A stretch of DNA of 63,816 nt, filler included, from Streblomastix strix (Eukaryota), in NCBI GenBank assembly GCA_008636045.1. It is 2 parts of 2 records of this genome, joined end to end, with 100 filler letters (N's around TTAATTAATTAA, not from the genome) between each part and the next. Parts side by side here need not be neighbours in the genome. Positions count along the whole stretch, not along the records: positions 1 to 31,876 come from SNRW01000075.1; 1 more part is not named here. The stretch is one strand, 5' to 3'. The notes under the pieces were generated by a model. The model was not told the origin of the DNA and made no database searches. It saw nothing but the letters and a program-made list of their open reading frames with translations. Both the position numbers and the translations under genes were made by a program. This document shows positions 1 to 15,888 of this stretch, one piece after another. Within the stretch, counting starts at the first letter, position 1, and every line of letters starts with the position of its first letter.

Positions 1-3138
<3,138 letters not shown>

Positions 3139-3370
3139 TAAAGAGGCTCATAAAGGGGATTATTCTTTAAGTCTTCTTTGCGTCTTATTTTTATTTATAA
3201 TTGTCATTGGTATTGTTGGTCGAAACCATTTTTTTCTTTTTGTGTATATTCATATTCATTTATTTGTCGGAACTAAAATGAAGTGGGGTTTAAATATAAA
3301 ACTGGAATTTGTGTTTGTAACAATTGTTTCATTGTAAATTCCTAAACAAAATCTGAGGTGAACGTTTTTT

Positions 3371-6070
3371 TCAAAGTTTTGCATCTACAATAATTGCTTT
3401 CGTCAGACCTGCATTCTATTATGTGCTTGCAATTGTGATATCCTGGTTCTTCTGCACGTTATGCGCGAGGTGGGCCTCCAGATCCAGGAAATTAGCATGT
3501 TGAGCTTGTTTTAAAAGACTGCAGAAATTATACGCGAAAACTCCAGCTTCAACAGAACCTTGTGCAGCTTCTCTGGCAGCTTGTAGATCAACTTAGCTTC
3601 CAACAAGCACAATACTCATATTATTTGAGAAAGGAGCTTGTTTCACCTTCTTCTTCTTCCCAAACTCGCCCTTTTTCCCATCAGAATGGCAGCAATCAGT
3701 CAGAAGCACAAATCTCGTCTGATTGTACGCCTTCCTTATTATCAGATCGTGTATAACAGTCTCATCAATTGTCTCATCAGTAATTCCTTTTATTGTTGGT
3801 ATCTGCGGTTTAGTCCCACTTCCAACAGCACCAGTTGCACCTCCCTGTTTATTCTTAGCATTGTAGAACAACAGAACTTCAGGCCCACTTTCATTAGAAG
3901 CCACTCTTGATCCAAAAGTTGACTATCTCTACTCTTATTTCTTGATCTCAGCTCCATGTCCAGAGAAAAAGGACACAAACTTAGTCTCAACGTGTTCAAT
4001 AATCCAATCCATCCACTTGTAGTATTCATGTGGTGTTGGATCACACAGATAGAAGACGGTATATCTTCTGCCTACAAATAGTTCAGCCATTAATAAAGCA
4101 TCATTTACTGGCCCTACATCTAGTGTATATGGAAGGTTCTCATATGGGCAGAAGAATAATGCTGCAACGTGGTCAAATTGTCCATTGGGTGGAATCTATT
4201 CTCTTTTGATTCTCTCTAAATTAATACACCCTAGTGAATCAAGTTTTTTGAGCTCATCTTTGAACAAGCTGTTATATTCAACTGGTTTCCGAAGTTCAGC
4301 TTAAAACTGCCACCATCTTTGAAGTGCTTCATCCTCTTCAATACGGGATAGATTGTCACTGGTTGTAAGTGTTTTTTAGATCTCGACTCCAGTTGTATCA
4401 ATATCTTATAGTTATAATTCACGATCTCCTCCTTCAACATCAATAACTACTGGTTTCTAGTATAATGCTGCATCACTACCAGTTACTTCCACTGATTAGA
4501 AATGTTCAAGTCTCTTTGCCATGAACTGTTATAGCTCCATGAAATTAGCTCTTGGATTCTCATCTATCAGTTGAGCGAAATAACCAGAGAAAATTCCCAT
4601 CTACAATCCACCCAATCCGAGTTACTTAGATTGCCTCGTATCCTGATATGCTCCAATAGACACCACACTTGGCGGGGGTCTTCTTCTGTGTCTGCCCATC
4701 ACAGGTTCGCTTATATTAAACAGAGATGCCGTTCTGCAGTAGTCATTTATAAGGACAACCCGTGTTTGTGGGTATTCTTTGCTCTTTATCAGATTGTGCA
4801 CAGCTGTATCAGATACTGTTTCATCAGCTATTCCATCTACAGGCTGTATTCTCGGGGGCATGCCACCTATAGCTGGTACTTTGGTCTTCGTATCTTAGTT
4901 GTAGAACACATACAGTTCAGATAGAGTATCTTTCTCACCAGTTATACGATCTGGTATTTGTGTTCCATGCCCAGAGAAATACACTACAAGCTCCAATTCA
5001 ACATGTTCAAGAAGCCAATCAAGCCACCTCCAATAATCGAGCGGCGTGGCGTCACAGAAATAGAAAACACGGTATCCTCTCTTGGTAAACACACGAGCCA
5101 TCGCTAATCCATCATTAACTGGTCCTAGATCTAATGTATGTGGCAAGTTTTCATACGGGTTGAAGAATAATGCAGCGCAGTAGTTTATCTCCAAAGGCGG
5201 GATCTGCTCTCTTTTAATCCTGCCGAGGTTTATGCACCCCATACCATCGAGCTCCTGCAGCTGTTTCTTGTACTTGGATGAGTAATCATGCGACTGTGAT
5301 AGTGTGAGTGCAAATTGCTGCCATCTCTTCTTCTATTCGATTACTTCACTGTCATTCTGCACAAACTAACCAGGAAGCTGTGTTGGTGGAACTTGGTCGT
5401 CGTTCCCAATAGCTCTGTCATACACAGTGGGACCTTTGAAAACTTGGATGGGTTGTCGAAACACGGCTTCGCGTTCCTCACGTTTCCAACCTCGATTCAG
5501 TTTTGGCTTCTGTTGTTAAGCTGCTGGTAAGTCAACTGGGGTTATTTTATCGAGGAGTGTGGCTGCCATAGGTCTTGTTAGGGTCCCGCCGAAGTGCTGC
5601 GCGTTTGATGGATCTTCTATTAGGATTTGTACGGTGCCGAATTTCATTTTTAGCTGAAAAAATAAATTTATTTGGAATGATTAATGAGTTATATTATTAA
5701 AAAATGTAAAATAATACATTTACACGAGCTGGAAGTTGAGTCAGAAGGTTTCCAATATCAATTTCGTCGTGCCCAAGGTCAAGTGCATTTGGAATTTTAA
5801 TCCAATCTTTGTTTTTAAGATCTACACGAAGCGCATAATTACAACCAATGAAATCAAAAACGAATGCTTCGTTCCATGTTGCTGAATAATTAAATAATAT
5901 AAAGAATTAAACATCAAAAATTTGAAATTCACACGATTGAAGCCTTTCTTTGATGTGGAAACGTATTTCTATGCGCAGAAATGAACGATTGCATAAGGTT
6001 CACATTCTGCAGGGTGACGTTTTGGCATAACCTCTTGTCCAGATACAAGAGTTATTTTAATCTTCTCCAT
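3371..6070 (-). CDS. C2-domain protein with two tandem metacaspase-like (peptidase C14) domains
   Basis: ATG 6070, MEKIKITLVSGQEV..EPYAIVHF..PTWNEAFVF (C2-like), with two introns. Domain 1: LDLGPVND, VYFSGHGTQIPD, LINDYCRTAS. Domain 2: LDVGPVND, FFSGHGAEI, LLTDCCHSDG. The frame is open in code 6 to TGA at 3371-3373. Confidence 0.88.
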
Positions 6071-6539
6071 TGACAAAAATCTAGAATGATAATAAATATA
6101 ATATTTTGTTATTTAGTGAAAAACATAAATTTAAAATAGAACATCAATTTTTTCTAGTTAATGTCGTTCAGATAGTTGTTTTTTATGTATAAATAAATGA
6201 TGAAAGGTTTATTAATTAAAGTGAAATATTAAATAATAAAATAAATCATAAAAATTGTTTCAAAATGATTTAAAAATCTTTAATTCAATATTTTTAAATT
6301 AAAAATGAAAAAAAATGAAATTTAAAATTATAAAAAATTAAATATAGAAAGAATAATATCAAATTTTTATGAATATGATCGTGAAAAAAGCAAAATTTGC
6401 AAACGGTTTAATTTTTATATGGTAATGGAGATCGAAAATAAAATCTCAAATTCAGTCTAAATTAATAATATTTTCATTTTAACTATCAATTTTAATTATT
6501 ATATAAGTAATAATTATAATATATTTGAATAAATCATTA

Positions 6540-6874
6540 TTTTTAATTAAATCAATTAAATATTAATTTCAACATCTTTTTTATTAATAATAATTATCCA
6601 ATCTTGAATATTTCAGTAGATTTTTTTACTTAAAATTTATTTTTAAATTATAATTTGATTATTCTATTAAGAGTTTAACTGTTTTATTATATTAATACAT
6701 TAATAAAGTGTGTTAAAATTGAATAGGCAAAGTTAAAACACTATTATTAATTTGAATAGAATAGATGAAATTAAATTAACTTAAAAAAGTGTATTGTATA
6801 GCTGCGAAAGTGATAAATGATGTTTATATATAAAATACGTTAAATTCGCTCATCAATACCAAAATGGCTTTGTA
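6540..6874. repeat. Cassette left flank, copy 1 (copy 2 at ~12920-13239)
   Basis: Shared text ...caacatcttttt...aaaaaagtgtatt...ctgcgaaa...tcaataccaaaatggctttgta in both places. Confidence 0.85.
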
Positions 6875-7677
6875 TTGCTCCTATCAACGTAGAAGTTCAT
6901 TATTTCTCCTCTGGTTTAATTTGCTCTATCATTCACGCTACAATAACCATGCCCTTTATTTATAAATTATGCTTCAATTTCTTCACTTCCTCCTTCATCC
7001 TCTATTTGTTCTTATGACTATCTAGCAAGTAAAGGAAGTGGTTTGAAGGATGGTTACCAACTACTATTTCTACCTTGATGTAATTGGCGTAGAAAATTGT
7101 AGAATTCTTTCAAACTATTCCAGATCTACGAATCTTCTTTTTCTCCAATTTCACCAACTAAACTAAATTTAACAATCAAAACTCTTGCAAATTAGATCAT
7201 CACAAGTTCAGTTTGTGCTTATTCATCACCATATACCTGAATTAAATAAAGACAATTTCAACAATTACTTCTAATCTTAAAAGATTGTTTATCATCTTCC
7301 TCATTGTTATGAATGTTGTGTTTGTAACGGCAAAGTTTTGCAAGTGAATGAAGGAGGTCTGGTGTTTTGATTATTTATTTGATATTATTATAAACTTTAT
7401 CTAAAAGGATTTAAAGAGAATTAGAAATCAATGACGGAGATGTAGAAGAGTCAAATTATTCTTTTTGGTTTGTATTCTCATTCCGTTCATAAGATTTAAC
7501 AAAAGAAATAATAGTTGTAGTATTATTTTTGATTTCTTAATCTTTTTGATTTTATTATTATAATGACAAAAAAAGAATAAAATAAAAATTATGGATAAAT
7601 ATATAAAATACATTCTTATCCGCTACTCATTTCAATATAAATGTATGTTATTGTAGGTTTAAACTACTCAACAAATC
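6853..7677 (-). pseudogene. 5'-truncated ARM-like hypothetical protein (EQIEDEGGSEEIEAQ...TKPFWY C-terminus)
   Basis: Open code-6 C-terminal exon ending TKPFWY-TGA. It begins at an intron acceptor with no clear start exon. The C-terminal motif resembles that of 11269-12870. Confidence 0.55.
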
Positions 7678-7679
7678 TG

Positions 7680-8280
7680 TATAAATAAGAATAAATAAAG
7701 AAATATAAAAAATTTGTAAAATATTCTTGATTTCCTTGTTTTTTACCTAGAAAAAGCATTGTTTGGGTAAATTTTAGTGTAATATGTTATTTTAATGAAC
7801 ATTATTATAAAAAATATTAAATTTTTCCTAAATGTCATTTGCAGAGTATCAAAACTTGAGATATTTATTTAAAAATAGAAATGACCAATAATTTGTTGGA
7901 TATTTAATGTGAATACTATTATTTTTTATTTCAATCAAAATATTGAATGTGGCTTGAAAGAATAAGCGTTGAAATCCTAAATACTATGCAAAATAATCAA
8001 TTTATTGAAGATTTTTGGAAATATTAGCAAATTGCTTTATAAATCGTTTAAAAAATATTAATTATGTGTAATAAATATGGAAAAATTATATAAAACGTAT
8101 AATATTAATATAAAAGCGATATTAAATGAACGTAAAGTTAGAAATAGCTAAATCATAATTTCGATTTTCTTTTTCTATGTATTTGACCAGATAAATAAGA
8201 CACTTCTAGAAAATTTTTATTTGGGTTCAATATTTAAGTCATTATTGATCAACTTTGCCGAAAGAAATATATCAAAATAG
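7680..8280. repeat. Cassette right flank, copy 1 (copy 2 at ~14895-15490)
   Basis: Near-identical core tatcaaaacttgagatatttatttaaaaatagaaatgaccaataatttgttggatatttaatgtgaatac...gaatgtggcttgaaagaataagc. Confidence 0.9.
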
Positions 8281-8479
8281 ATTATGAAATTGACTTCAAA
8301 TTTATTATTAAATATAGTTAAAAATATTTGAAATGAGAGATAGATACACATGTAAAATTAGTATTATTGGCATGGACAAATTATATTATATATTAAATAA
8401 AGACAAGCGTTAAAAAAAATACATGACTTTGTACGTTAATAAGATTCATATCAACCTGAATGTGTAAATAAAATATATT

Positions 8480-10241
8480 TTCAATAATTTTGAAATATAA
8501 TCGTTTTGAAAAGCGATTATGTTCTTGTTTATCTTTCATCTGTAGAAAAGAACATGGATTGTACTGTTTCTATTAATCCTTCTTACTATAAAATATCAAT
8601 GAAAAAAAAAGATAATAGAAAAAAATAATAAAATATATTATTTTATACTTCAAGATCTTCAATCACACGCTTCTGTGCAAAATACGCATCTTCATTCTCA
8701 TCTTATTTTTCTTATTGCATAAGTGTAAATGTTTTCTATATTCTAATTTAATTTTCTTCAGATCTGAATGTATTCAATCTTTAAAAAAATATAGCAAGTG
8801 CATTAAAAGACTCATTTATTACAGCATCATTTTCCTGAGAATGAAGAAGTTAGAAAATTATTGGAAGCGCGCACGGTTAACATTAGGATATTATTTCACT
8901 ACTTTCATCGTTTCCTTCGCTTTTTCTTAATTTCAATTTTGCCTTTTAAAGAATATTCTATTCAGTTTTAACTATCTTTTTTCTTAATTGAATTTCTTTT
9001 GTCTCATTAATTATCCAATCTTTTTACTCATATTCATAAATTAGCTTTATTATTAATAAAGATTATATACGAATTGATGATGAAGGATGAAGAAGATATT
9101 ATATCACTTTACTTGGAAGATTGGTAATTCTAATTTTTATCATATTTTTTGTGTTATGCTCGTTTATAATAAACTATTAAAGATCGAATAATAAATTATT
9201 AACTAATCGATATTTCATATCAATAGTAGAATCAGTTTGATCAGAAGGAATTTGTATATCACAATTCGCACACAATCCAAATCCGGATATTAATCCTGAG
9301 TGAAGATTTTTCATACGAACTCGAGGAGAAATGAGATGTGAATGAGTTGAAGAAACTTTTATGTGATGAGGTTGAGGAATATATTTGTTAAGGAGATCAA
9401 TAAAGTTGTTTTTCGTTCTGAAATCAATTCCAATTGATTTATCACTCGATAATCCGAAAAGTGTTGCTGCAATTACGCGGATTTTGTTTGATTAATGATT
9501 CATATATCTCATTCCTATCTCAATCCCACCATGACTAGCTATTTAGCTCTTCAACCCATAATTCCCAAAAGTGAAAATGCAAAGTGCATTTAATATTGTG
9601 GCCAAAGTCCTAAATCCATATTTACTTCGCTTTGGATCTAATTCTTTCTTATATGGCTATTTATTTAATAATTCTTCCATTATTTTCAATTTTTCCATCA
9701 AAAATTTAAGGATTGGATTGAAAATAAAGTCATAATAATCATCAATAAGTCCAAAGGCTGAGATTGAATAAGCAAGACTTTCTTTCACTGATTTTGGAAT
9801 TGATGGATCAAGAAATTTTATTTTCATTAAATATCCAATTTGTTTTGCTTTGAAAATGTAAATGAATTTGTTTGCTTCTTCATCTGTCATAACAGTAATT
9901 TTTGTTGAAAGAAGTTCTAATATTTCTGCAATTTGTTCTAATTCTTCGACTTTAAAAAAATCTCTCATCAATAGATAGAGCTAAGCTAACAAACTAGAAA
10001 ATTAACTTGCTCGACAACATTCAATCTTTGCTGTGCCAATCTCATCCAAGATATTATACAATGCTTTAAGTCGAACTGTTTCATCTACTGAGCTAAGATC
10101 TGCAACAAGGCTGGGTACTATTAAAAAAAATAAAATATAAATAAGGAGAAATTAAAAAATGTCAAAACATTTTTACAACTCGTTGCATTAGCTTACATCT
10201 ATGCTATAGTGCTTTCCTTTGCAATGTTCGAGATGGTTCAT
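8480..10241 (-). CDS. ARM/HEAT-like hypothetical protein, multi-exon, possibly disrupted near the 3' end
   Basis: ATG 10241. After an intron: PSLVADLSSVDETVRLKALYNIL, IASHGGIEIGMRYMNHQSNKIRVIAATLFG. An in-frame TGA or frame change occurs near 8775. 3' end approximate. Confidence 0.6.
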
Positions 10242-11268
10242 ATCTATAAAAAGAAGCAATAAACAATAAATAGAAATGAAACTGGTAGTAAAAATGGTTT
10301 GTAAATGAGCAAATTTATATCAAAATTAAAATAATACTAAAAAATTATATTTAAAATAAATTTTAAACAAACTTTTATATTAAATAATAGAATTTACATG
10401 AAATAATAAGAAATTAATAATATAAATAACTCTTAGTAGCAATCAATTTAGTATTTTTTATTTTTAAGATTTTATCTAATTTATTGGATTAATTTTATTT
10501 TAAAAAGGAAAAATTGAAAGTAAAAATACGCACGAATGAATGTTTTAATAAAAAAATATTACGAATTTAAATTAATTCGATGTTATTGAATTGAAAAAAA
10601 CGAAATTTGTTATTTTCATATTATTTCCAAATTTATTGTGTATTTAATATGAGTTTTTAGTAAAATTTGATAAAAACAAATATTTAATAAAAATTTAATT
10701 TAAGAATACACGATAATGGAACGAATGGCTAGAAAAAGCTTTGAAAAAAATCTCAAAACTCAACCGCATATATCATAGTTTAAAAGGTTATTTTAAATTA
10801 TCATCAATTATTCTGTAATTTTAAAATATATTAAATATGAATAATAAACAATTCCCCTATATTTTAAAAAATAAATAAAATCGACATTTTCATTGATTTA
10901 ATTGATCATTTTTAGTATAATTTCAAGATTCAATTTAGTAAAAACATTATTCATATGTTTATTGAATAAAATACTTATTTTATAATTATATTCTCGACAA
11001 AATTTATATCAAAACATATTTTTGCTAAAAGGATTGCTATTAATACTCCCACAACTGTTTAAAAAATGTATTTTAATCATCTGAACAATAAAATTACTCC
11101 TTAATAAAATTTTATAATTTAATTTCAATATAATTAATCAGTTACCTTTGATTATTATGCATCGAATAAAATATTAAATAGTTTATTTTAAAAATCGATA
11201 ATAATATTTAATCTAACAGTTGAATTAAAATATATATTATAATATTATTTCTGATACATCTTATTCAG

Positions 11269-12870
11269 ATGTCTGATCAAAAAGAAGAAGAACTGATCAA
11301 TCATGAGGACAAACTCCCGCGAATAGCAGAAGACTCAAATTAAGATGTGATCGATTCAAAACCTCTTCCTGCAGTGCAATAAGTCAAAAATCTAATTGTT
11401 GAAATGCAGGAAACAAATTAAACAATTGAATAATTGAAGAAATCAAATTCTGAAAAAGCAATAATGATAATTCCGCTAATCAGGAAAATGTCATCAGAAG
11501 AAATCGTAGAAACTTTTGATACACAACTTTGCACAGTGATCACAAAACATTTCCAAGAATTCAAATTCAGAAAAGAATTAAGATTGCTTTATTCTATAAA
11601 ACGCATAGTGAAATGTGCAGCTGAGCACAAGAGTTTGGATGTTCACTAAAAATTTTCTCAAATCTTCTCAGATTCTGGTCTTCGCAAAAAGATTGGATAT
11701 AATATCGTTGAACAAATTCCAGAAAATTATGGTGAAGATGATTATATTGATGATGATTGGATGATGGAAGATGAATTGCAGTAATATGCACTTATCTATT
11801 GTTATATGATTAGTATTTCATAAGCTGACAATAATTTGTTATTACACTGTGGAAATATCTTAGGAAGAAACATAAACTTTTTAGTATATATGATTAATGA
11901 ATTATGCCAAGAAAAATAATTAAAAGAAGATAATAAGAATTAAAAAGGAGATGACGATGATGATGATGATCTGATATTTTGGATTATTGATTTAGAAGAA
12001 ATACTGAATGTATTGATATATACAATGAAAGTCGAATAGAATAGACATGAAATTATTCAAAATAGTAGCATATTTGATGAAATTGAACCTCTATTCCACA
12101 TTGGATGTCAAAAGAATTTGAACTGTCCTCATTGTATTGCATTTCCCGATTCCATCAATACATAACCGCTTCATCTACTTGCTCTTGAAGTTCTTGCTCA
12201 GTTTGAAGAAGATTTGGATAATCCTCAAATATTTTCAATTAGTAACGACAATATTATTGCTCATATCGCACCATCAATCATCGCATTTGCACTTCAATCC
12301 TCATTTTAGTTCAAATACTCAATGATCATAGAAGTTTCTACTCTTCCTCTTGTGAATTTAAGTTCTCTTCCATCTCAAAAGCAATTTTCTGTTAACCTGA
12401 ATCTTCTTCATAATCTCATAATTAATAACTTTAGATTGGCTGAAAGTGTTGCATCTTATCCAAATCTCCTTCCTATACTGATTGCATTTACATTTTATAA
12501 TACTAATAAAATTAAAGAATAAAGTACTGATGATAATGAAAATACACTTGAAGTTCGAAATTAGTGTATTAATATAATTTCAGAAATATGCCAATATTGT
12601 GGAAATCAAATTAAAAATAAAATTCTTATTGAGATGAAATTTGCCAAATCAATTACTCTAGCAGTTTGTCTTGGAGGTGGAAGCAAAGAATAAAGCAATG
12701 CAGTAATATAATCAGCTCTATATTGCTTTGAATCAATCATTCCACTTATGATTGATGATGAAATATATGAAAATCAGTCTCATTCTCTCAATTCAGAGAT
12801 AATAGAAGAGATTGAAGAAGAAGGTGGATTAGAGGAATTTGATTCACTTAACTTAGTAAGAAAAATATGA
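11269..12870 (+). CDS. ARM-like hypothetical protein (533 aa), intronless
   Basis: Continuous code-6 ORF from MSDQKEEE to EEIEEEGGLEEFDSLNLVRKI-TGA, containing CQKNLNCPHC and SYPNLLPIL. Confidence 0.85.
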
Positions 12871-13246
12871 GTTTCTGTTTAATCGGTTAATTTCATCAAT
12901 CAATTCATTTTTAATTTGTTCATTATAATTTTCAACATCTTTTTTACTTATAATAAATATCAAATCATTAATATTTCATTCAAATTGTTTACTTTTAATT
13001 ATTTTTTTAAATTATTATTTGTTAATTCTAAAATGAGCTTAACTATTTTATTATATTAATACAATAATTAACTATATTAAAATTGAATATACTAAGACAA
13101 AACACTATTATTAAATTGAATTTAATAGATGAAATTAATTTAAGTTAAAAAAAGTGTATTATAAGGCTGCGAAAAAGATAAATAATAATTATATATAAAA
13201 TACGCTAAATTAACTAATCAATACCAAAATGGCTTTGTAATTTCCC

Positions 13247-14869
13247 TCATGAATTATTTTAATCTTCTCTTTCACCACAAGAATCATCATGTGAAATGTC
13301 ATTATTTTTTTCTTCTTCTGTTTGAACCGTAGCTAAAATTTATTAATCAATTAGTTCTTTTTCATTTTTCGCTAATTCTTTTTTCTTTTCATCTATATTT
13401 ATTATTTTTTCTTTTTCATTTTACTTCTATTTGTTATCAATTGGTAAAATTTGTGGTATACTTTGTTATATGTCAGTCTGAATTTATTCAATTTTCTTAA
13501 AGTTTTGATTTTTTTATTTTAAATATCCTTCAATCATCATTTTCAATTCATTTACATTTGAAGATACTTAAACATTTTAGTGAAACACAGTTGAATGATC
13601 AATTTCTATTTCATTAATTATTTCTTCTTTTGTTTAAGTATTCCCAAATTTGAATAATTTGATAAGAAAATTAATGAGTTGATTGATTTTATTATCAGAA
13701 TAAAACTCTAATTTCGTGATTATTGTTTTGATAAATTCTCCAGCAAGAATTATTGAGTGATTGTCTATTAATATATATTTGATATTGAATTAATGAAGGA
13801 ATAATAAAATAAAATATGTTATAATTAACATTTGCAGACCTTGACATTCAGAAATCAATGCAAGTGCTGTGAGTGAATTTTCAACAATAAATTGATTCAT
13901 ATGATTAATCTTTTGTTTGAGATGAATAATAATATCTAAACTAAATTAGGTAGGGATTGGAATTGATTTCATTAAATATCCAATAGCAATTGCAGCATTA
14001 GTATTAATTTCTTTATCTTTATATTAATTGTGAAATATCATAAGAAGCTTATCTAAACTTCCATCTTTTTTCATTTATTCATATAATGGATTTGGTTTTT
14101 CTTATTCTTCAGTTTCTCCAACTGAAGAAATAATTTGAATAAATATAATTATCAAATATTTCAGAATGATTTCATTTTCATTTTCTACTATTTAGATCAT
14201 TGATGTCAGAATCCCATTTTCAGCTAATCTTCTTCTTTCATCATTTGAACAGGAGTTGACTATATTAAATATTGGGAGAATGTGATATGAACGAACTTAT
14301 TTAGCTGGAATTATATTGAATAATGAAATAAATTGATTATCAATCCCTTCATTAAATGCATATTAAATAAAATCCTCATTATCAGATATCATAGCTATTA
14401 TAGTTTAACATGCAAGATACAAAATGAATTGTTTAGTCCAATCGAATTCTCCTTCCATAACATCATACAACGCCTAATAGACTACTTTCATTGCTCTATC
14501 ATCAACAATCATCTTCATCTTTTCTTCTAAGTTTTTTATTTTTAATTCTTTTTAAATCTGTTTCAATCTTAACTCATCATTATGCAATTTTTCTAGCTCT
14601 TCTTTGTTCATTGATTCTTCTTCAATTGTCTTTATTAATTCAAGTGCATTTATTGAAATATTATTATTATTATGTTGTGTAAATGTTATTATACGATCTA
14701 CTTATATTTCATTTTTGATATCTTCTCTTGTTTATGAAGTTCCATATTTATATAATTTAACAAGAAGAATAAGAGCTTTTGCAAATCATAATTCTTTCAT
14801 TTTATCATCAACCAATAAACTATTTAAATTCCTCAAGAAATTTCCTGAAATTATTTGATTGTGATTATC
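13247..14869 (-). pseudogene. ARM-repeat protein 3' fragment (DNHNQII.., KPNPLYEQMKKDGSLDKL, LAIGYL motifs)
   Basis: Begins at a splice acceptor and has an early in-frame TGA (~14785). One internal intron near 13770-13838. TGA at 13247-13249. Confidence 0.6.
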
Positions 14870-15888
14870 TGTTAAATGATATTTATATAATTGTAATAAA
14901 TAAGAATAAATAATGATATATAAAAAAATTTGTTAAATATTCTTGATTCCCTTGTTGTATACGAAATTATAAGTATTATTTTGGTAAAATACATGTGATA
15001 CGTTAAGTTAATAAATATTTTTATTAAAAAAAATTTATTTTTCCTAAATGTCATTAGTCAAATATCAAAACTTGAGATATTTATTTAAAAATAGAAATGA
15101 CCAATAATTTGTTGGATATTTAATGTGAATACTAGTATTTTTTATTTCAATCCAAATATTGAATGTGGCTTGAAAGAATAAGCTTCAAAATCCTAAATAA
15201 CATGCAAAATAATCAATATATTCAAAATTTTTAAAAAAAATTAGTGAATAGCGTTATAAATTGTTTTATAAATACTTATTGAACATAAAAAATACGGGAA
15301 AATAATATTAATAAATACAATATTAAAATAAAAGCTACAATAAATGAACGCAAAGTAAGAAATAGCTAAATATTAATTTTGATTTTCTTTTTCGTGATAT
15401 GTTATCGGATTTATGAGACACTTTTGGTTTGATTTCAGTTTAATTTAATATTTTAATCTTTATTGATCAAATATACTGGTATAAATATATATTTATGGAA
15501 CGAGAAAGTGGCATTTAATTTTTAATTGGAAAATAGAATTGTTCATCCAATTTCAACGATGCATTATTCAAGAAATTAGATTTATTCCCACAATTATAAA
15601 TTAAAATTAGTTATTCAAAAATTATGAAGTTTTTTTTACGTAAAATTAGGTGAGAATGAATGAGTTGAAAGAAGAAATTCATTCACATTGTTGTTAAATT
15701 ATAATAAAAATCATTTAATATCTAAATAAAAATAAAGTTGCTGGATTAATAAACTCAATAAAAATAAAATATAAAATAATAATATAAAAAAATTGATAAC
15801 TATTAATAAGTTGTAAAATCTTCATGTTTAGTATTTATTATCATCTCCCTAATATAATCCCAATCAATTCATATGTCTCAAATCTCGA

